DNA from: Eledone cirrhosa | Lineage: Eukaryota | Assembly: GCA_964016885.1 (NCBI GenBank) | Contig: OZ024742.1 | Span: 122,636,001-122,700,000, forward strand | DNA: 64,000 bases | Reading direction: 5' to 3' | Shown here: piece after piece, positions 16,620 to 30,613 of the stretch | How the letters are laid out: every line of letters begins with the position of its first letter | Position numbering within the stretch: position 1 is the first letter of the stretch | Made by a program: the position numbers and the translations under genes | The notes under the pieces: generated by a model | Database searches by the model: none | The model's input: only the letters and a program-made list of their open reading frames with translations | Told to the model about the DNA's origin: nothing

Positions 16620-16790
16620 CTGTTACGGCTTTTACGTTGGGTGTTCGAATACCGCTGAGGTTCACTTTGTCTTTAACTCTACGGGGTCGATAAAATAAAG
16701 TACCTGTAACGCACTGAGGTCGATTTAATCGTCGTTCCCTCTCCCACAAAAGTGTTGGCCTTGTGCCTGAATCACAACCATTATTATTTG
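16620..16790 (+). mobile_element. tRNA-derived SINE (5'-truncated)
   Basis: B-box GTTCGAATACC, body GGGGTCGATAAAATAAAGTACC, GGCCTTGTGCCT end. Confidence 0.75.
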
Positions 16791-17238
16791 CTTACTATGA
16801 ATAGTAATACTAAAACGTGGGACAATAGTGTAATTCATTTAATGATTACTTAGTTAGGGACAAGAACAACAATTGAGGAGTAAGTAATATTTGAATCTAC
16901 CCCCACCTCTTTCAGTATTTGACTACTAATTTGCTTTATCGACTAAGAAAGGATGGCAGGCAAAGTAGATCTTGTTGGAATTTGAATTCAGAACATAAAG
17001 AATCTGATTATTATTTGCTTACTAATCAGATTCTTTATGTTCTGAATTCAAATTCCAACGAGATCTACTTTGCCTGCCACCGTTTCTTAGTCGATAAAGC
17101 AAATTAGTAGTCAAATACTGAAAGAGGTGGGGGTAGATTTAAATATTACTTACTCCTCAATTGTTGTTCTTGTCCCTAACTAAGTAATCATTAAATGAAT
17201 TACACTATTGTCCCATGTTTTTGTATTACTAATCATAG
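16780..17238. repeat. Local inverted duplication (arms 16795-17010 / 17023-17238) with an 18-bp direct duplication
   Basis: Arms are reverse-complementary; ATTATTATTTGCTTACTA occurs at 16780-16797 and again at 17007-17024. Confidence 0.9.
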
Positions 17239-17399
17239 AAATAAATGTGTGCTTACAGCTGTTTATGTGTGTGATGCATTTACTTATCCTTGCTATTTCC
17301 GACTAGTCCCCAAATACACTTACATATAGATGTGCAACTGCATACGTCCTTTCACATCCATACACTCGCAACTATATCAGTCTATTCATTCATACGCCT

Positions 17400-17647
17400 C
17401 TATTCCTACATATCGTAAGACATTCGTCATCAGTTATTTGGTGGTGAGGTTAATGCAATTCTATTACTGATCTCTATTATATTCGCTATATGGACAGCTT
17501 TTTCGGATATGGCTAAACATTGAATCAATGAACACAATTCTTTATGTTGATCTGCCACGAATTTCATCGAAATTCGATCCCGTCGCTCGATTCTTACTGG
17601 TCACGTTTTCCGCTATGATCAGCCTGCAGGAAATTTGCTTCTCTAGC
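17400..17647 (+). pseudogene. RTE-like LINE RT C-terminal relic
   Basis: Translates to ...SRRSILTGHVFRYDQPAGNLLL*, resembling the RRLRFAGH..R motif. Confidence 0.4.
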
Positions 17648-19869
17648 TACCTAATCCAAAGCAGTGAGGCAACCTCAACTGATTTGGAATTTAATAGAAA
17701 TACGTGATATTCTACTGCTAATTTAATTCTCGGATTCGTTATATTTGAATCACTTCGAAACATATATGCCCTCTCCGTTCTGGAGGTAGAATCTGCAAAT
17801 ACATCATTGAACTGAGACACAAATCTTATTTTTATTTTTGATGGCCACATTTAAGACACATTTTCTGCATATACAGAAATATATAATTACAACTTTCTTT
17901 TGAAAATGTAATAATAGGTATTATCGTAAGAAATGTTAATGAAAAAAAACTTTTGAGGAACATTTTAGGAAACAATTTTATGCAATCAACAAAATCATAA
18001 TGTTAATGAAACTACGGACTGTCTTGAAAGCGCTCAAATGCCGAAGCCTTACCACACCTTATCTACAGCATTGTAATTTGAACCTTCGATCTTTTCTGGT
18101 ACACGATTTACAAAATTCTGATTCAAGAAACACCCACAGAAAACACCGATAAGTGATATATATTATTTTGGTAAAATTATATATCACTGCACGCACTTGT
18201 ATTTCTTTTTTTCTCAAAACATATAAGAGGATTTAAGTGTAAATTGACAATTTGAAAACGAGGATTTCTATAGAATATTCAAAGAATATCGAATAAGAGA
18301 TACATAAATAAAAAATATTACAAAATGTCTACCGTGCATTTTTGATACGTTTCACAGATAATAGACAAATAATATATATGAGACAATTTTAAGATGTTGT
18401 TAAAAATCGATAGCTATTCTGGATTTCTATTTTGTAAATCAATAATGTACAACGTCAAAATGATAGTTCAATAAACGGTGAAGCGTAAATCGTCTATTTG
18501 AAATTCTCAAGATCATCAATGGGTGAAATCGGAAATAAAATGCTGAGGTGACAGACTTTCTTTAAAGGATTTATATAACAATTATATTTACTTATTTAGA
18601 ATGCAACTTTTGACATATATCCCTTTCATTCTATAACAACTGCTGATAAGTAACCAATTGTTTATGGATTTCATTTGTTCTCTGATGTGTACAAAATAAA
18701 TAATCTATATATTGTCCTCGTATGCATTTCTTTGATCTAATATATTTCCAATACACACATGCAGAGCACACGTATGTGATTTCTTTAAGTGCACGGGACC
18801 ATGTAGAATATGGCATTTACGTATTCCAACTGTAATATTATCCAACGTGATAATGAAATAGAAATATTCAAGTTAAAGTATATACGAGGATTTAAAAATG
18901 AATATAGATTTACAATATCATCTTAATGCTTTAAGACCACAAAGTGCTTCGTAATTTGATTAATTTGCCACATTACAAGCCAAAAAATACTTTGCGATTT
19001 ACTTAGAATATTCCAATGCAAAGTTAGTAGTTCATGCAGAAGGAGAATGGTTGATGGTTTAATGTATTTCTCTGCACACCTATTGATTGAAAGTGTAAAC
19101 CCTAAAGTATTTTTTTCTGTATCGAGTTAGGTAACACAAATGTGTTGATACTTAGCGGTTACGAAAATAATGAAAGGGATTTAGCGTTAAGTGATAGTGA
19201 TCTCTGAATCAAGAAAAACAAGCAAATTTGCATTATTTATCGCAGTAGAGATTAGCTTAAATATTTACTTAATATTTCATATATTTACATAAAATATTTG
19301 AGTTAATTAAACATTAATAATCATATTGATAATATCAACCTGTTTTCCAACCCATCATAAAATGCCTTAATAACTTTCCTAGCTGCTAAAACAAAGTGCA
19401 GTATAGACGGTTGAAGTGGTTTATTTGCAATCAAATATTCCCGTGGTATGCTGAGAAAAAAAAGTTTATACAATAGGCTCAGATTGACTTTAAGATTGTT
19501 AGGTAAAATTCGTCGAATCTCTGTGAAAGTCCAATGCATGTACTGCACTTGTCAGGCAATGTCTTACAATGATAGCACGCTTTACTTTGGCTGTTTTACT
19601 TGCTAAACAAGTTCCCTCAATATTTCGAAGTTACAGCGGCGTCTTATTGAGTCCACGATCATTAAACAGATCTCTTAATCGTTTATAACCTATCTTGTTT
19701 CTTCCCCTTCTCATTATCATTTATATTCAAACTTTTAAAGTCTATATCACCATTATTTTTCCACTCCCCTCCATATTTGCTCCATTTCCTTCTGCCTCCG
19801 CTGTCTTTGCATCGTTTTACTTTCCTGCGCTTATAAACCTTTGCTTTATTTTGTTGTACGTTTGTATAA

Positions 19870-22860
19870 GGTCCCGTGGATGACTTATTATTATTATTAT
19901 TTTCTTAACTTGATGTCTCAGTCATTGATGCTATCCAACCGGAATAATTACCGTAATGAATATCAAGCTGCTACCTGCAGCCTCAGATATTCAGAGGGTC
20001 CTTGCCGTTCCAAGTATGCATACCATTTGAAGTGTTCCAAAACAGGGGATGAGGACGACCTTGATCTCATGACAGTTCCAAAACCTCTTTAGTTCCCACT
20101 TCGGTTCCCACTACTTGTCAATATGGTGTTTCACACACTTCGTTCAGAAGGCTTCCTTTTGTGCAGTCACTATCATTTCCTCTGTAGATTTCTTTTTTGT
20201 CTCCTCTTTTTTCTTACCAGCATCACCACTGGTTTTCTGAATGTCGTTTTCTTAAAAAAGGTGCTATAGATGTTTTTTTTTATGAAGTTTGCTTTTCCTC
20301 TTTGTTGTTACTTCCTCCTTGGACATCCCCTGTCTATTGCCTTCTCCTTCAGTACAACTTTGAGCGTCAGCTCCTTACTCTCAGACACATATTTGTGTAG
20401 ACCGCTCTTCTCCATTTGAACACATTCATCTACGCTGATAAGACCTGTTCCACATTCAGATCTCTTTACATAGAGTCTATCAACCTCACTCCACTAGTAG
20501 AACATGCTGTAAGTAGTCATTAGCATCCTTGTCTTTCTATCGATTTATTTTGGTTCAGTAACATTCCATTTCAGAATTCCCTCACTGTACCTAATAATAG
20601 ACACAGTTCGGGAATTTATGGCACTTATGACATTCCTACTATCTAGATGTGATTTTAGTATGTTCCTTATTCTCCTTATTCAGATCTTATCAATTCCTTC
20701 ATTTTATTGTTCTTGATGCCACCTGCCTCCAGAACACTCAGATATCTGTATCCATCTTCAGTGTTGATTTCCTTTAACACCTCACCCGTGTGTACATCGA
20801 TTCATTTGCTTCTGTTTAATTTACCCCTCTTCATCTCTAGGACTCTACCCCTATTAACACCAAATTCCATACAATTTTCATTACTGAAAATAAGGACAGT
20901 GTAATAAAAGTACATCCTACTCGTTCTCGCTTTTCCTCAAAAAGTTTTAGATCGTCCATGAAGAGGAAGTGGTTGATGGTAACCTCTCCGCTTGCCAGCT
21001 TGTATCCTGCTTTCACCTTTCGCTATATGAGGGACAAGGGTATGAGGGTAAGGACAAACGAAAATGGGGAAGATACCTCTCTTTATCTTCACCCCCTTCC
21101 CTAGGATATCGACCTGATGTTAGCTCTGTCTCCCAGAACTTCATACTTTTACTTAATAGTTGTCTGATGTCTGCCATCTTGAAGCTCCCTAGGCTTTTGG
21201 TATCCAACGATGAGGAACCATGTTGAATGGCTTCTTGTAGTCTATCCTTCCCATGGCAATACCAGTACGCCTCCTCTTGCAATTCCTTATTACCATGTTC
21301 TTAATAAGTAACTGGTCCTTTGCACCACAGGACCTCTTTCGGCTTCTTTTCTGTTCGTCCGGCAATACGTTGTTAATGAGGAGGTGATAGTAGATTTTCT
21401 AAGACAATGCTTGTTTCCACATTACGGATAGACTTGTGATAGACTTATAGTTGGTAACCTCATTAAGCTTCATTCGGATTTTCATTACTAGAACGGTGGT
21501 ACTTTTTGTCAACCACTCTGGTACTTCACTCAACACCAAGAAGTCATTGAACATGGTTGTGACTTTTGGGTGGAAGGATGTTATAATTTTTGTCCATTTT
21601 CATTGCACGCCATCTGGACCTGGTGACTTCCAGTTGGTTAGTTTATTGGCCGGCTTTTTAAGAGATTCAACCGTGATACTCACATCTGGTTGTAGGTGTG
21701 CTTGTTCACTAATCTGATTTTTAACTGTCTCAATTCCCCACTGCCTCACTATTATGTTCAACACCCTGCTTCCATTTTCCTCTCCAAAATGCCTTAGTCT
21801 GTGCAGGTTCAGGGATCGTGTCGTTACATCTTTCTTTTGCTTCAAGCTGTTCAAATAACATCTTCTGGTTGTTGTCAAAATGCGGTTCTGACTAACTCTG
21901 TTTTCATATCGTTTAATCTTTGAACGTTTTGCTAAAATACGTTGCTTAAGTGATAAAATGTTGCTCTTTTCCCTTAGTGGTGTTTTTTTTAAAATTTTCT
22001 ATCTATCCTTAGTGTCTATGTTTTGTATCGTCCTGCTTAGGAAACACTCAAACTTTCCAATATCTTTTCTCATTTCCTTTATTAGATCTTTCAGTTGCCT
22101 CCCCCACCAAGTATCTGTCCTTTCTTGTTTGTTGTTTCCTCTTGTTGTTTTAACGAGTAATTTCTTTCACCACATTTGTAGTTTCTTTGAGGATGTTGTT
22201 GCATTGGTGACGGTTCTTCGTCTCAAGGTATAGAATGGCCCTGTTTACCTTAGCTGTCTTTTCTTTTAAGCTCTCCCTGTCTAAAAGTCTTAGGTTCATA
22301 GGATTTCTACTTTCATTGCTTATTTCTTCTACCACTAAGTTCAGAATATCAATACAATCTTGCCATAGCCCGTCAGCATTCATTTTCTCAATGGCCGTAT
22401 CTTTGTTCCAGATGTTATTTATTTCAGCATTCAGGTCATTGTCTGCTTCGGTTGCGTCGTCAGGTCTCTCAACCTCTTCAACTTCATTTTCGTCTGGCTC
22501 ATTTGCCTAATATACCTAACTACCCACTTCCAACCCAATCTCTCTGCTAAAATTTATCCAGTTCCAACTCGCGTATCCATCCATTAGTTCTTATTACACG
22601 AACCTGCTCCACGAATTTGTGTTCACCTGATTTAAATAGACCGACCTCATTCCAGAATTTATGCAGCCGTTTCCTATAGCCTTTTGTCATGGGATCACTC
22701 TTCAGGCAACATTTCATGTCAGTTTAATTGAGTTATTATTCTTGTCCATTCCTTCTTCTTCCTCCAGCACCAGCAGTGTTTGGATGACAGCCAGGTTTCT
22801 GATGCTGGGCCGGGGAACAGTTGCTAGGTGAGAGTCTTTCATATGAAGTTCGAGCCTCCT
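19870..22860 (-). mobile_element. Decayed R4/Dong-like (RLE-type) non-LTR retrotransposon
   Basis: Minus-strand motifs NWKSPGPDGVQ, NHFLFMDDLKLF, YRYLSVLE and a C-terminal LGTAR-type segment; (TAA)n near the 3' end; many stops. Confidence 0.8.
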
Positions 22861-23041
22861 TTTCACTGCTATTTGAGCTATTAAGGTTTGAAATTTAAAC
22901 ACTCATACTGATAATTAATTAATTTAAGTGTGCACCAACACCAACGTTTTTAGCGTGACACCATAACATTAATAAATAGAAAAGACAACGTTTCGGGAAA
23001 TTTATGTCGCATTTAACTATCATTATTTTTTGCGTTAGAAG

Positions 23042-23235
23042 GGGCGGTGAATTGGCAGTATCGGTAGAGGGTCGGACGCCATGCTTTGACGCATAGAGTT
23101 ACGGCCCTTGCCATTCTGAGTTCAAATTGCGCCGAGGTTAACCTTGCCTCTCATCCTTACGGGGTCGATAAAATAAAGTACCAGTAATGTACTGGGTCAT
23201 TGCTGGCCTTGTGCCAATAGTAGAAACAATTATTC
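23042..23235 (+). mobile_element. tRNA-derived SINE, full length
   Basis: Close match to the 10025 copy. Confidence 0.85.
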
Positions 23236-23239
23236 TTGC

Positions 23240-23900
23240 GTTAGAAGCCATTTTTTTCTTTGTTGTCTTTGACTATAATATCTGGTCGTTTGGCCTTGAT
23301 CTGTATGTATGTACTGGCATATCCCTGAAAATGGTTGCTTTGTCATTCTATGACACCTTTTCTGGTGTGTGCTGAGACCATCTCTTTTTTCTGATGGTAT
23401 TTCATAATGCTGGCATAATGTCCAGTGTCTGAAGGTCACAACTCTATCATACCTGTGGATATCTTTTTTGGCTAGTGCTGGGCATCCAGAGATTATGTGG
23501 TTGATTGTTTCTTCCCTATTTCCACATATTCTACAGTTACTTATAGTGCTTTGTTTCATTATGCACTTTCTGTAGTTTGTGGTTTGGTAGATCTGGTCCT
23601 GCGTTGCAACTAGAAATCCTTCCTTCTTCCAGTGCTTCGGAGCCAATTTTGTGTGTTTTCTTTGTCTACCTCCTTTCTATTTAGGTTGTTTGTGCATTGG
23701 CCATGTAAGGATTTTTCTTGCCATCGTTTTAAAATTTCATTCTGGTTGTCAGTTTTCAATTTAAATATTATGTCTTTCAAAATTTATATTGTTGTTTTAT
23801 CTTTGCTTTCAATTTCCTCACAATTAACTGTTAGTCCAGTTTCTGATTTGAATTTTTTGGCTTCCTTGAAGACCGATAGCACTTTTTTGTTTCGTTCATG
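23240..23900 (-). mobile_element. R4/Dong-like LINE fragment (CCHC zinc finger / RLE region)
   Basis: EGFLVATQDQ...CRICGNREETINHIISGCPALA...HRYDRV in ORF 23230-23646. Confidence 0.8.
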
Positions 23901-24231
23901 TTTCGTAATTTACAGTTTGAAAAAAAATGTATATATCTATATATATACATATATATATATACACACATACACATGTATATATATATAGAGAGATATATAG
24001 ATATATATACATATATATATATATATACATACACACATAAACACTTCCACACACATACGCACATACACACACAAACACACATACACACATACACACATAG
24101 ATACAAATACATATAAATACCCATACAGATATATACAAATACATATGCATACACATAAAGAAAATATATACACAATCGCGCGCACACCTACACGCACATA
24201 TACAGACATACATACAAGGAGGGATATCATT

Positions 24232-24385
24232 CTTACAGATATAGTGCACTTCTTAATACGCGTGCAGTACCAATCAAAACAATTCTTTGCACCTCTTGCA
24301 GAGATGGTAAACCAAGAATCATTCTCAAATACCGTGTTGTTCCTTTCTTGATCACACCACTCCTCCCTATTCCGTTGTCATGAGA
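24232..24385 (-). mobile_element. R4/Dong-like LINE extreme C-terminus
   Basis: Minus strand: GVIKKGTTRYLRMILGLPSLQEVQRIVLIGTARVLRSALYL*. Confidence 0.65.
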
Positions 24386-24489
24386 TTCCTGTGATTCATT
24401 ATGAAAGCATGGAAAACAACACTCATTTTGAACAGTGAAAAGAAATTACTGGAAACTGTAGAAGTTGATATTAATTGTAGAATTAAAAA

Positions 24490-24613
24490 AGCTACAGAAA
24501 GAATGCTAAATGGCTGCACAAGAGCAGGCCCTCAGAACGAAGTGGGTGAAACACCATATTGACAAGGAGACTAGCTTACTCTGTATGATCTGTGGAGATA
24601 GCTAGATAGATAG

Positions 24614-24646
<33 letters not shown>

Positions 24647-25340
24647 TAGATAGAGAGAGAGAGAGAGAGATAGAGAGAGAGAGAGGGAGAGAGAGAGAGA
24701 TAGAGAGAGAGAAGGAGATAGGAGAATGTGGCTCACAGGGTATCCGTGTGTAAACACCTAGCCCAGACTCACTATAAAGGCTGGAGTTACGATATAATAA
24801 GAAAGGTAATTCACCGTCATTCATGGTTTGAGCATAAGCCAGAGTCGGTGATAGAACATGATCGAATGAAGGTGTTATGTCATTTCAGGATACAAACAGA
24901 CAAGAAATTAGAATACAAATGACCTGACCTGGTCATTTTTGACAAGGAAAAGGATCGTGCCTGATTGTAGATGGAGCTTGCCCCTTTGAACAAGAGTACA
25001 AGAAAAGGAGGAGAAAATTAATCGATACCAGGCTTTAATGTGGGAATTAAACAGATTTGGACCTGTCATGAGATCAAGTTTGTCCCTACTGTCACAATAG
25101 CACTAGGTACTATCTCAAAGATTTCCAATGATGGTTAAAGAACATTAGTCCAGACCCCATGTTTGGAACACGTCAAAGGGCATGCTTGGTGCGAACAGCA
25201 AGAAACTTCCGATACGTCGTGTATATATGAGGCTGCAGGTAGCGGTTTGATGTTCATTTGAACAAACTTTCCAGTTAAAGAACAACAATGACTAAGATTC
25301 CAAGAGTATTAATACTACTACTACTAATAATAATAATATG
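24490..25340 (+). mobile_element. R4/Dong-like LINE 3' fragment interrupted by a (GA/GATA)n tract, with (TAA)n tail
   Basis: CKHLAQTHYK...WFEHKPESVIE...FRIQTDKKLEYK*PDLVIFD (RLE PD motif); TACTAC/TAATAA tail at ~25310-25338. Confidence 0.75.
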
Positions 25341-25440
25341 AGTTGAAATGGCAAATGCCTCATAATATAATGCATTGTTCTGATGAGAAGAAACAATAAC
25401 TATCCCTGCTCGGAGGCATTTTAAACGAGGAAGACTGGAT

Positions 25441-25633
25441 TAATAATTGTTTCTACTTTAGGCACAAGGCCAGAAATTATCCATTGCATTACTGGTACTT
25501 TATTTTATCGACCCCGTAAGGATGAAAGGCAAAGTTAACCTCAGCGGGATTTGAACTCAAACCGTAAAGGGACGTAACTATGCTGGAAAGCATGGTGTCT
25601 GACCCTCTACCGATACTGCCAATCCACCGCCCT
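25441..25633 (-). mobile_element. tRNA-derived SINE
   Basis: Reverse complement of the 10025-type SINE. Confidence 0.85.
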
Positions 25634-25702
25634 TGGATTGACTGGTTTAATAATGAAATCTGAAACACACTGATTTCCTGAACCTTGAAGGAACAAGAAA
25701 AT

Positions 25703-25891
25703 AATTGTTTCTACTTTTGGCACAAGGCCAGCAATTAACTAGTGCATTACTGGTACTTTATTTTATCGACCCCGTAGGGATGAAAGGCAAAGTTAACCTT
25801 GGCGGGATTTGAACTCAGATCATAAAGGGACGTAACTCTATGCTTCAAAGCATGGTGTCCGACCCTCTACCGATACTGACAATCCACCGCC
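25703..25891 (-). mobile_element. tRNA-derived SINE with a probable target-site duplication
   Basis: Reverse complement of the 10025-type SINE; AAGGAACAAGAAAATAAT is present on both sides (~25688 and ~25892). Confidence 0.88.
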
Positions 25892-26674
25892 AAGGAACAA
25901 GAAAATAATAGCAATAAATCAATATTGTTGAATAAAATCTAATTTGTTTAACCCAACCATATTTCTTAAACAAATACGAGTTGTTTTAACTTCACACTCT
26001 GGGAAACATGAATTAGCATTTCATTAAGTGAGATTTCCTTTAGTGGGGATATATTTCCCTATACCTTGGCATAAAATGTTCTTCTGGACCACTCGCATCT
26101 CTTATGTGATCATAATTGCTTATAGGAAATATGATCATGTTTCGTAGAAAAGGAAATACGTTTTGCAGATCCACAGAGATGCAAATCATTCTCGATATTT
26201 TTTAGTAAACTATATGCAAACGATATCTCAATCAAAATGAAATTGTCATAAAATAAAGCAAAAAGAAATATTAATGACAACTATGTATATATACATTCGG
26301 CAGGAAGTAAAGTGAGGATGACATCTATAATTGTCAATGTATCCGCTAAATGTTACTTATTTTAAACAGAAACAACATAGTGATGTTAGATATCCTAGAG
26401 TTAAATCTAAATTAAAGTTGGTCAATAGAAATCTTCCATTGAATAGACGACAATAGAATACTTCTCTCACAAATGAAACATGCATACTGGAATTATTAAA
26501 ACTGTAAACATTTTATTTAATATAGAATTGTGCCTTTGAAGCTACACTATAATTGTACCGCTTGTGTATAAATTAAATATAACAATTAGAAACAACTAAA
26601 GATTAGCGAATTATTTCATCAATTGATCAAATGTCTGTAAGTTTGATAAATATTTGAGTTGCAATAATATATGA

Positions 26675-26870
26675 GGGCGGCGAATTGGCAGAGTCGTTAG
26701 AACCTCGGATAGAATGTTTTGGTCAACTTTGCCTTTCATCCATTCAAGGTCAATAAAATCCCGCCGAGGTTAACTTTGCCTTTCATCCTTACGGGGTCGA
26801 TAAAATAAAGTACCAGTAATACACTGAGATAATTGCTGGCCTTGTGCCAAAAGTAGAAATAATTATTATG
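26675..26870 (+). mobile_element. Chimeric/rearranged SINE (core segment present twice)
   Basis: AACTTTGCCTTTCATCC occurs twice ~47 bp apart, after a SINE head. Confidence 0.75.
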
Positions 26871-28194
26871 AAACAGAAATTATTACTGTGTATACGCTAT
26901 ACCTTGTCATGCACTGTGATGTTAGAACAGAATGTTTATTTCAACGCAACAAAAGATAGTTTATATTCAAACTGTTCCCCATTACAATATATTATCGTTT
27001 AATCAATTCAGTGCAGTTACCGCAAATACCAGTAATCTATACGATGGATCATTCTGTGCATGATTTCAATTGTTTGGCTTGTTGTTAGAAATTATTAATA
27101 CTGCATTATATATTTTATTCTTAATATCATTATCATCACAATAATCATAATAATGTAATACAAATCACATTTATTATTGTTTCATTTAAATACCGATTTA
27201 ACCATAGTAAAGTGTTAATAATGTTTATTTATATTATTTATTCGGATATGACACTGTAATCAGGATTTTAGAGTGGTGGTCGAACGGCACCCTCATCATT
27301 TGGCGACCAAATTCAAAGTAGACCTCACAACACCTATTCAGTTATTGGTAATCACATCTGAGCAGAGGACAATGCAACATTTTCCGACATTCACTAATAC
27401 AATCCATGATACATCGCGCTTTGATATGAACACAGGAATGCTAGAGCGGAAAGAACTGTGATGATAGCTTTGCTGCATTCACGCTGACATAGGCTGAAAA
27501 TTAACTAAACAGGATGAAGACGTGTTATTGTCATTTTCTTCCGTATGTACATATCATAATTAAATATCTATGATGTAGTTATTGGTATTTGATGTTGATA
27601 TCATTGTAAGACGATAGCACATATTAATGCACATCTTGAGTATATAGGTTTTGCTAATGCTTTTATGAGAAAGCTGAAGGAATCAATAAAGGTGTGGCTA
27701 CTTTGCAAATCAATTTCTCTTTTCAGTTTTTTTTTCTCCTTTTTCAATCATATAACTTGCAAACTTCTATTATCATTCTTTGTTGTCATTTATATGTCTA
27801 TGTCTTTATAGATATATAATCTACTTTCACTTAAGTTAATCCGTAAGATAATTATATTGCATAGAAGAAATAAAAAAGACCAGTCCCCACTCGTTGACAT
27901 GGACACTATAATCCTGCGTATACTCAAAGCAAATATTTACACCCATGTTCTTTAGAATACAGCGCTGTGTGAAGAACAGACGTGCCTTTTGCATTTCTTT
28001 CAAATACAACGTTACGAAATATATTTTCTGCCATAACATCAATTACAACAATATGAATAGCTTATCAATATATTCCTTTCTTTTATTTAAACAGTAGAAA
28101 GATCAAGTGTCTTTGATATAGTATTACTTACTCGATTAATGTTCGATCTAGGATCATAATACTGGCGTGCTAATCTTAACTCTCTGTCTTCATT

Positions 28195-28272
<78 letters not shown>

Positions 28273-28275
<3 letters not shown>

Positions 28276-28560
28276 AGGGAGTGTAACGCGGAGTTACAGT
28301 AGGTTCACTACGGTGAGCACTCGATGTTTAGGTTCACGTCAGTATCGAGGTGTAGAGCTAGACAGGGTGAAGTATTATAATACAAGGACGAATGTTTATT
28401 CCTTCGTTACGTTTATTGGTTGGCGACGCGCGTTTCGCTACGGATCAGTTCAAAGTTCGATCTGTATCGATCTAGCCCGACTCTGGAGTCAAACGTTCGT
28501 CGGACATCTGTCGTAGTAATGACAGAAAGAATAACAGTGGCGTATAAAAAAGGTCTAACC
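28273..28560 (-). mobile_element. Non-coding pLTR-like element with candidate hammerhead and tail
   Basis: Minus strand CCGACGA...(branched stem II)...GAAA-CGCGCG-TC; tail with ATCGAGTGC ending at (TA)n. Confidence 0.55.
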
Positions 28561-28729
28561 TTCATATATTGGTCAGTTTAAGTTGTTTTGATTGGTGGAT
28601 TATAAATATACCCTGTTGTCTTACACTTCTTATCTTTACATTACTCGTTGAGTGCTCCACCCTGCATACTGAGGTGTCGGTACACAAACAACACATACTC
28701 AAAATGTTATATATATACAACCCCCCCCC

Positions 28730-28794
<65 letters not shown>

Positions 28795-28955
28795 TGGTAA
28801 CATAACCGAGAACAATTGTTTCACCTTATTGGATCTTCAGCTCCGAGCTGAAGATCCGCTAAGGTGAAACTAACTGTTGTCTTACCCCTTCTACCTAACT
28901 CGCCCCATGGACTGAGTGCTCAGCCACTACGGATATTACCTTCCAGTGTTCTACC
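28795..28955. mobile_element. Minimal fold-back element: two head-to-head hammerhead motifs plus tail
   Basis: Minus 28808-28843 gag-CTGAAGA-tcc-aataa-ggt-GAAA-CAATTG-TT-ctc; plus 28845-28880 gag-CTGAAGA-tcc-gctaa-ggt-GAAAC; tail with ACTGAGTGC. Confidence 0.7.
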
Positions 28956-29394
28956 TCTCTCTCTCTCTATATATATATATATGTGCGAGTTTGTTTGTGT
29001 GTATGTGTGTGTGTGTGGGGGGGGGGCAGTTTTATAATTATGCTTTATTTTAATTAAATTTACATTAAGATTCTCTGCATTTAGTTCAACACGGTGCACG
29101 TGAGATTAAAAACTGCGATTCAGCTAAATATTCTCAAAATGAACTTAAGTTAGCAGGATGAATCGTTAGATATCATCAAAAATGTTATTTTACAAAATGA
29201 AATTATATTTATCCAATTACATATAAATACCATCAAAAGCGTATACATTATCATTTATCGGGGAAGAAAGTTTATTTTTTGAAATTTATTCGGTTCAAGA
29301 CCATATTATGCACCATTAAATATTACCTCCATAATGAATCCATTTCTGTATATATTCATGCTGAGCTTATTCTGCTTTCAGCATTAATATCTCC

Positions 29395-29720
29395 ATCACA
29401 CCCACCGCCACCACCAACACCAACATCAGCACCACTACCAAAACCACCACCACCGCCTCTACAACCACCACCACCACCACCACCTCCATCACAACCATCA
29501 CCGCCGCCACTACCAGCACCACCAGAACCATCAACATTGCCACTACCAATACTGCAGCGATCACCATCACCACTACCACCACCACAACCATAACCATCTC
29601 CACAACCAACATTACAGCCTTTATTACCACCACCATCACAATAAAATGTATTATTATCAACATCAACATAATCATAACCATTACCCCCGTCATCATACCC
29701 ATCACCATCATCACGTTAAT
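29395..29720. repeat. Degenerate (CCA)n/(CAT)n low-complexity tract
   Basis: Direct reading; explains the poly-Pro and poly-Val ORFs. Confidence 0.9.
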
Positions 29721-30109
29721 CATTTATCATTTACGATTTACACATACATTGGATTCTATGTAAACATTTTAGCAGCAACTCATAAATGCAATTCTAAAAT
29801 GTACGAATTCTCATAACACGAATAAGTATATACGTCGATATGTGCTACATACTTAAGTGTTCCTCTCTTACTATAATACATACAACAGTTCATCTGAGCT
29901 TTCTTCAATGTTTTATTATGAAGTCTGATATCATTAAATTTGCCAAAGAATGAAAAAAGATATATTATGAGGAGATATTCTCATTTACTATGCAACACAA
30001 ATTATGAATATGAATTTTAGAATTTGAATATTCTACTACTAGAATGAAGATTCTGCACACCAGTAACTATTATCAAATGCTGCCGCATAATATATATATG
30101 TATGTATAT

Positions 30110-30613
<504 letters not shown>

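Noticed and set aside
29279-29723. Proline-rich and valine-rich ORFs
   Set aside because: Degenerate (CCA)n tract; no splice or domain evidence.
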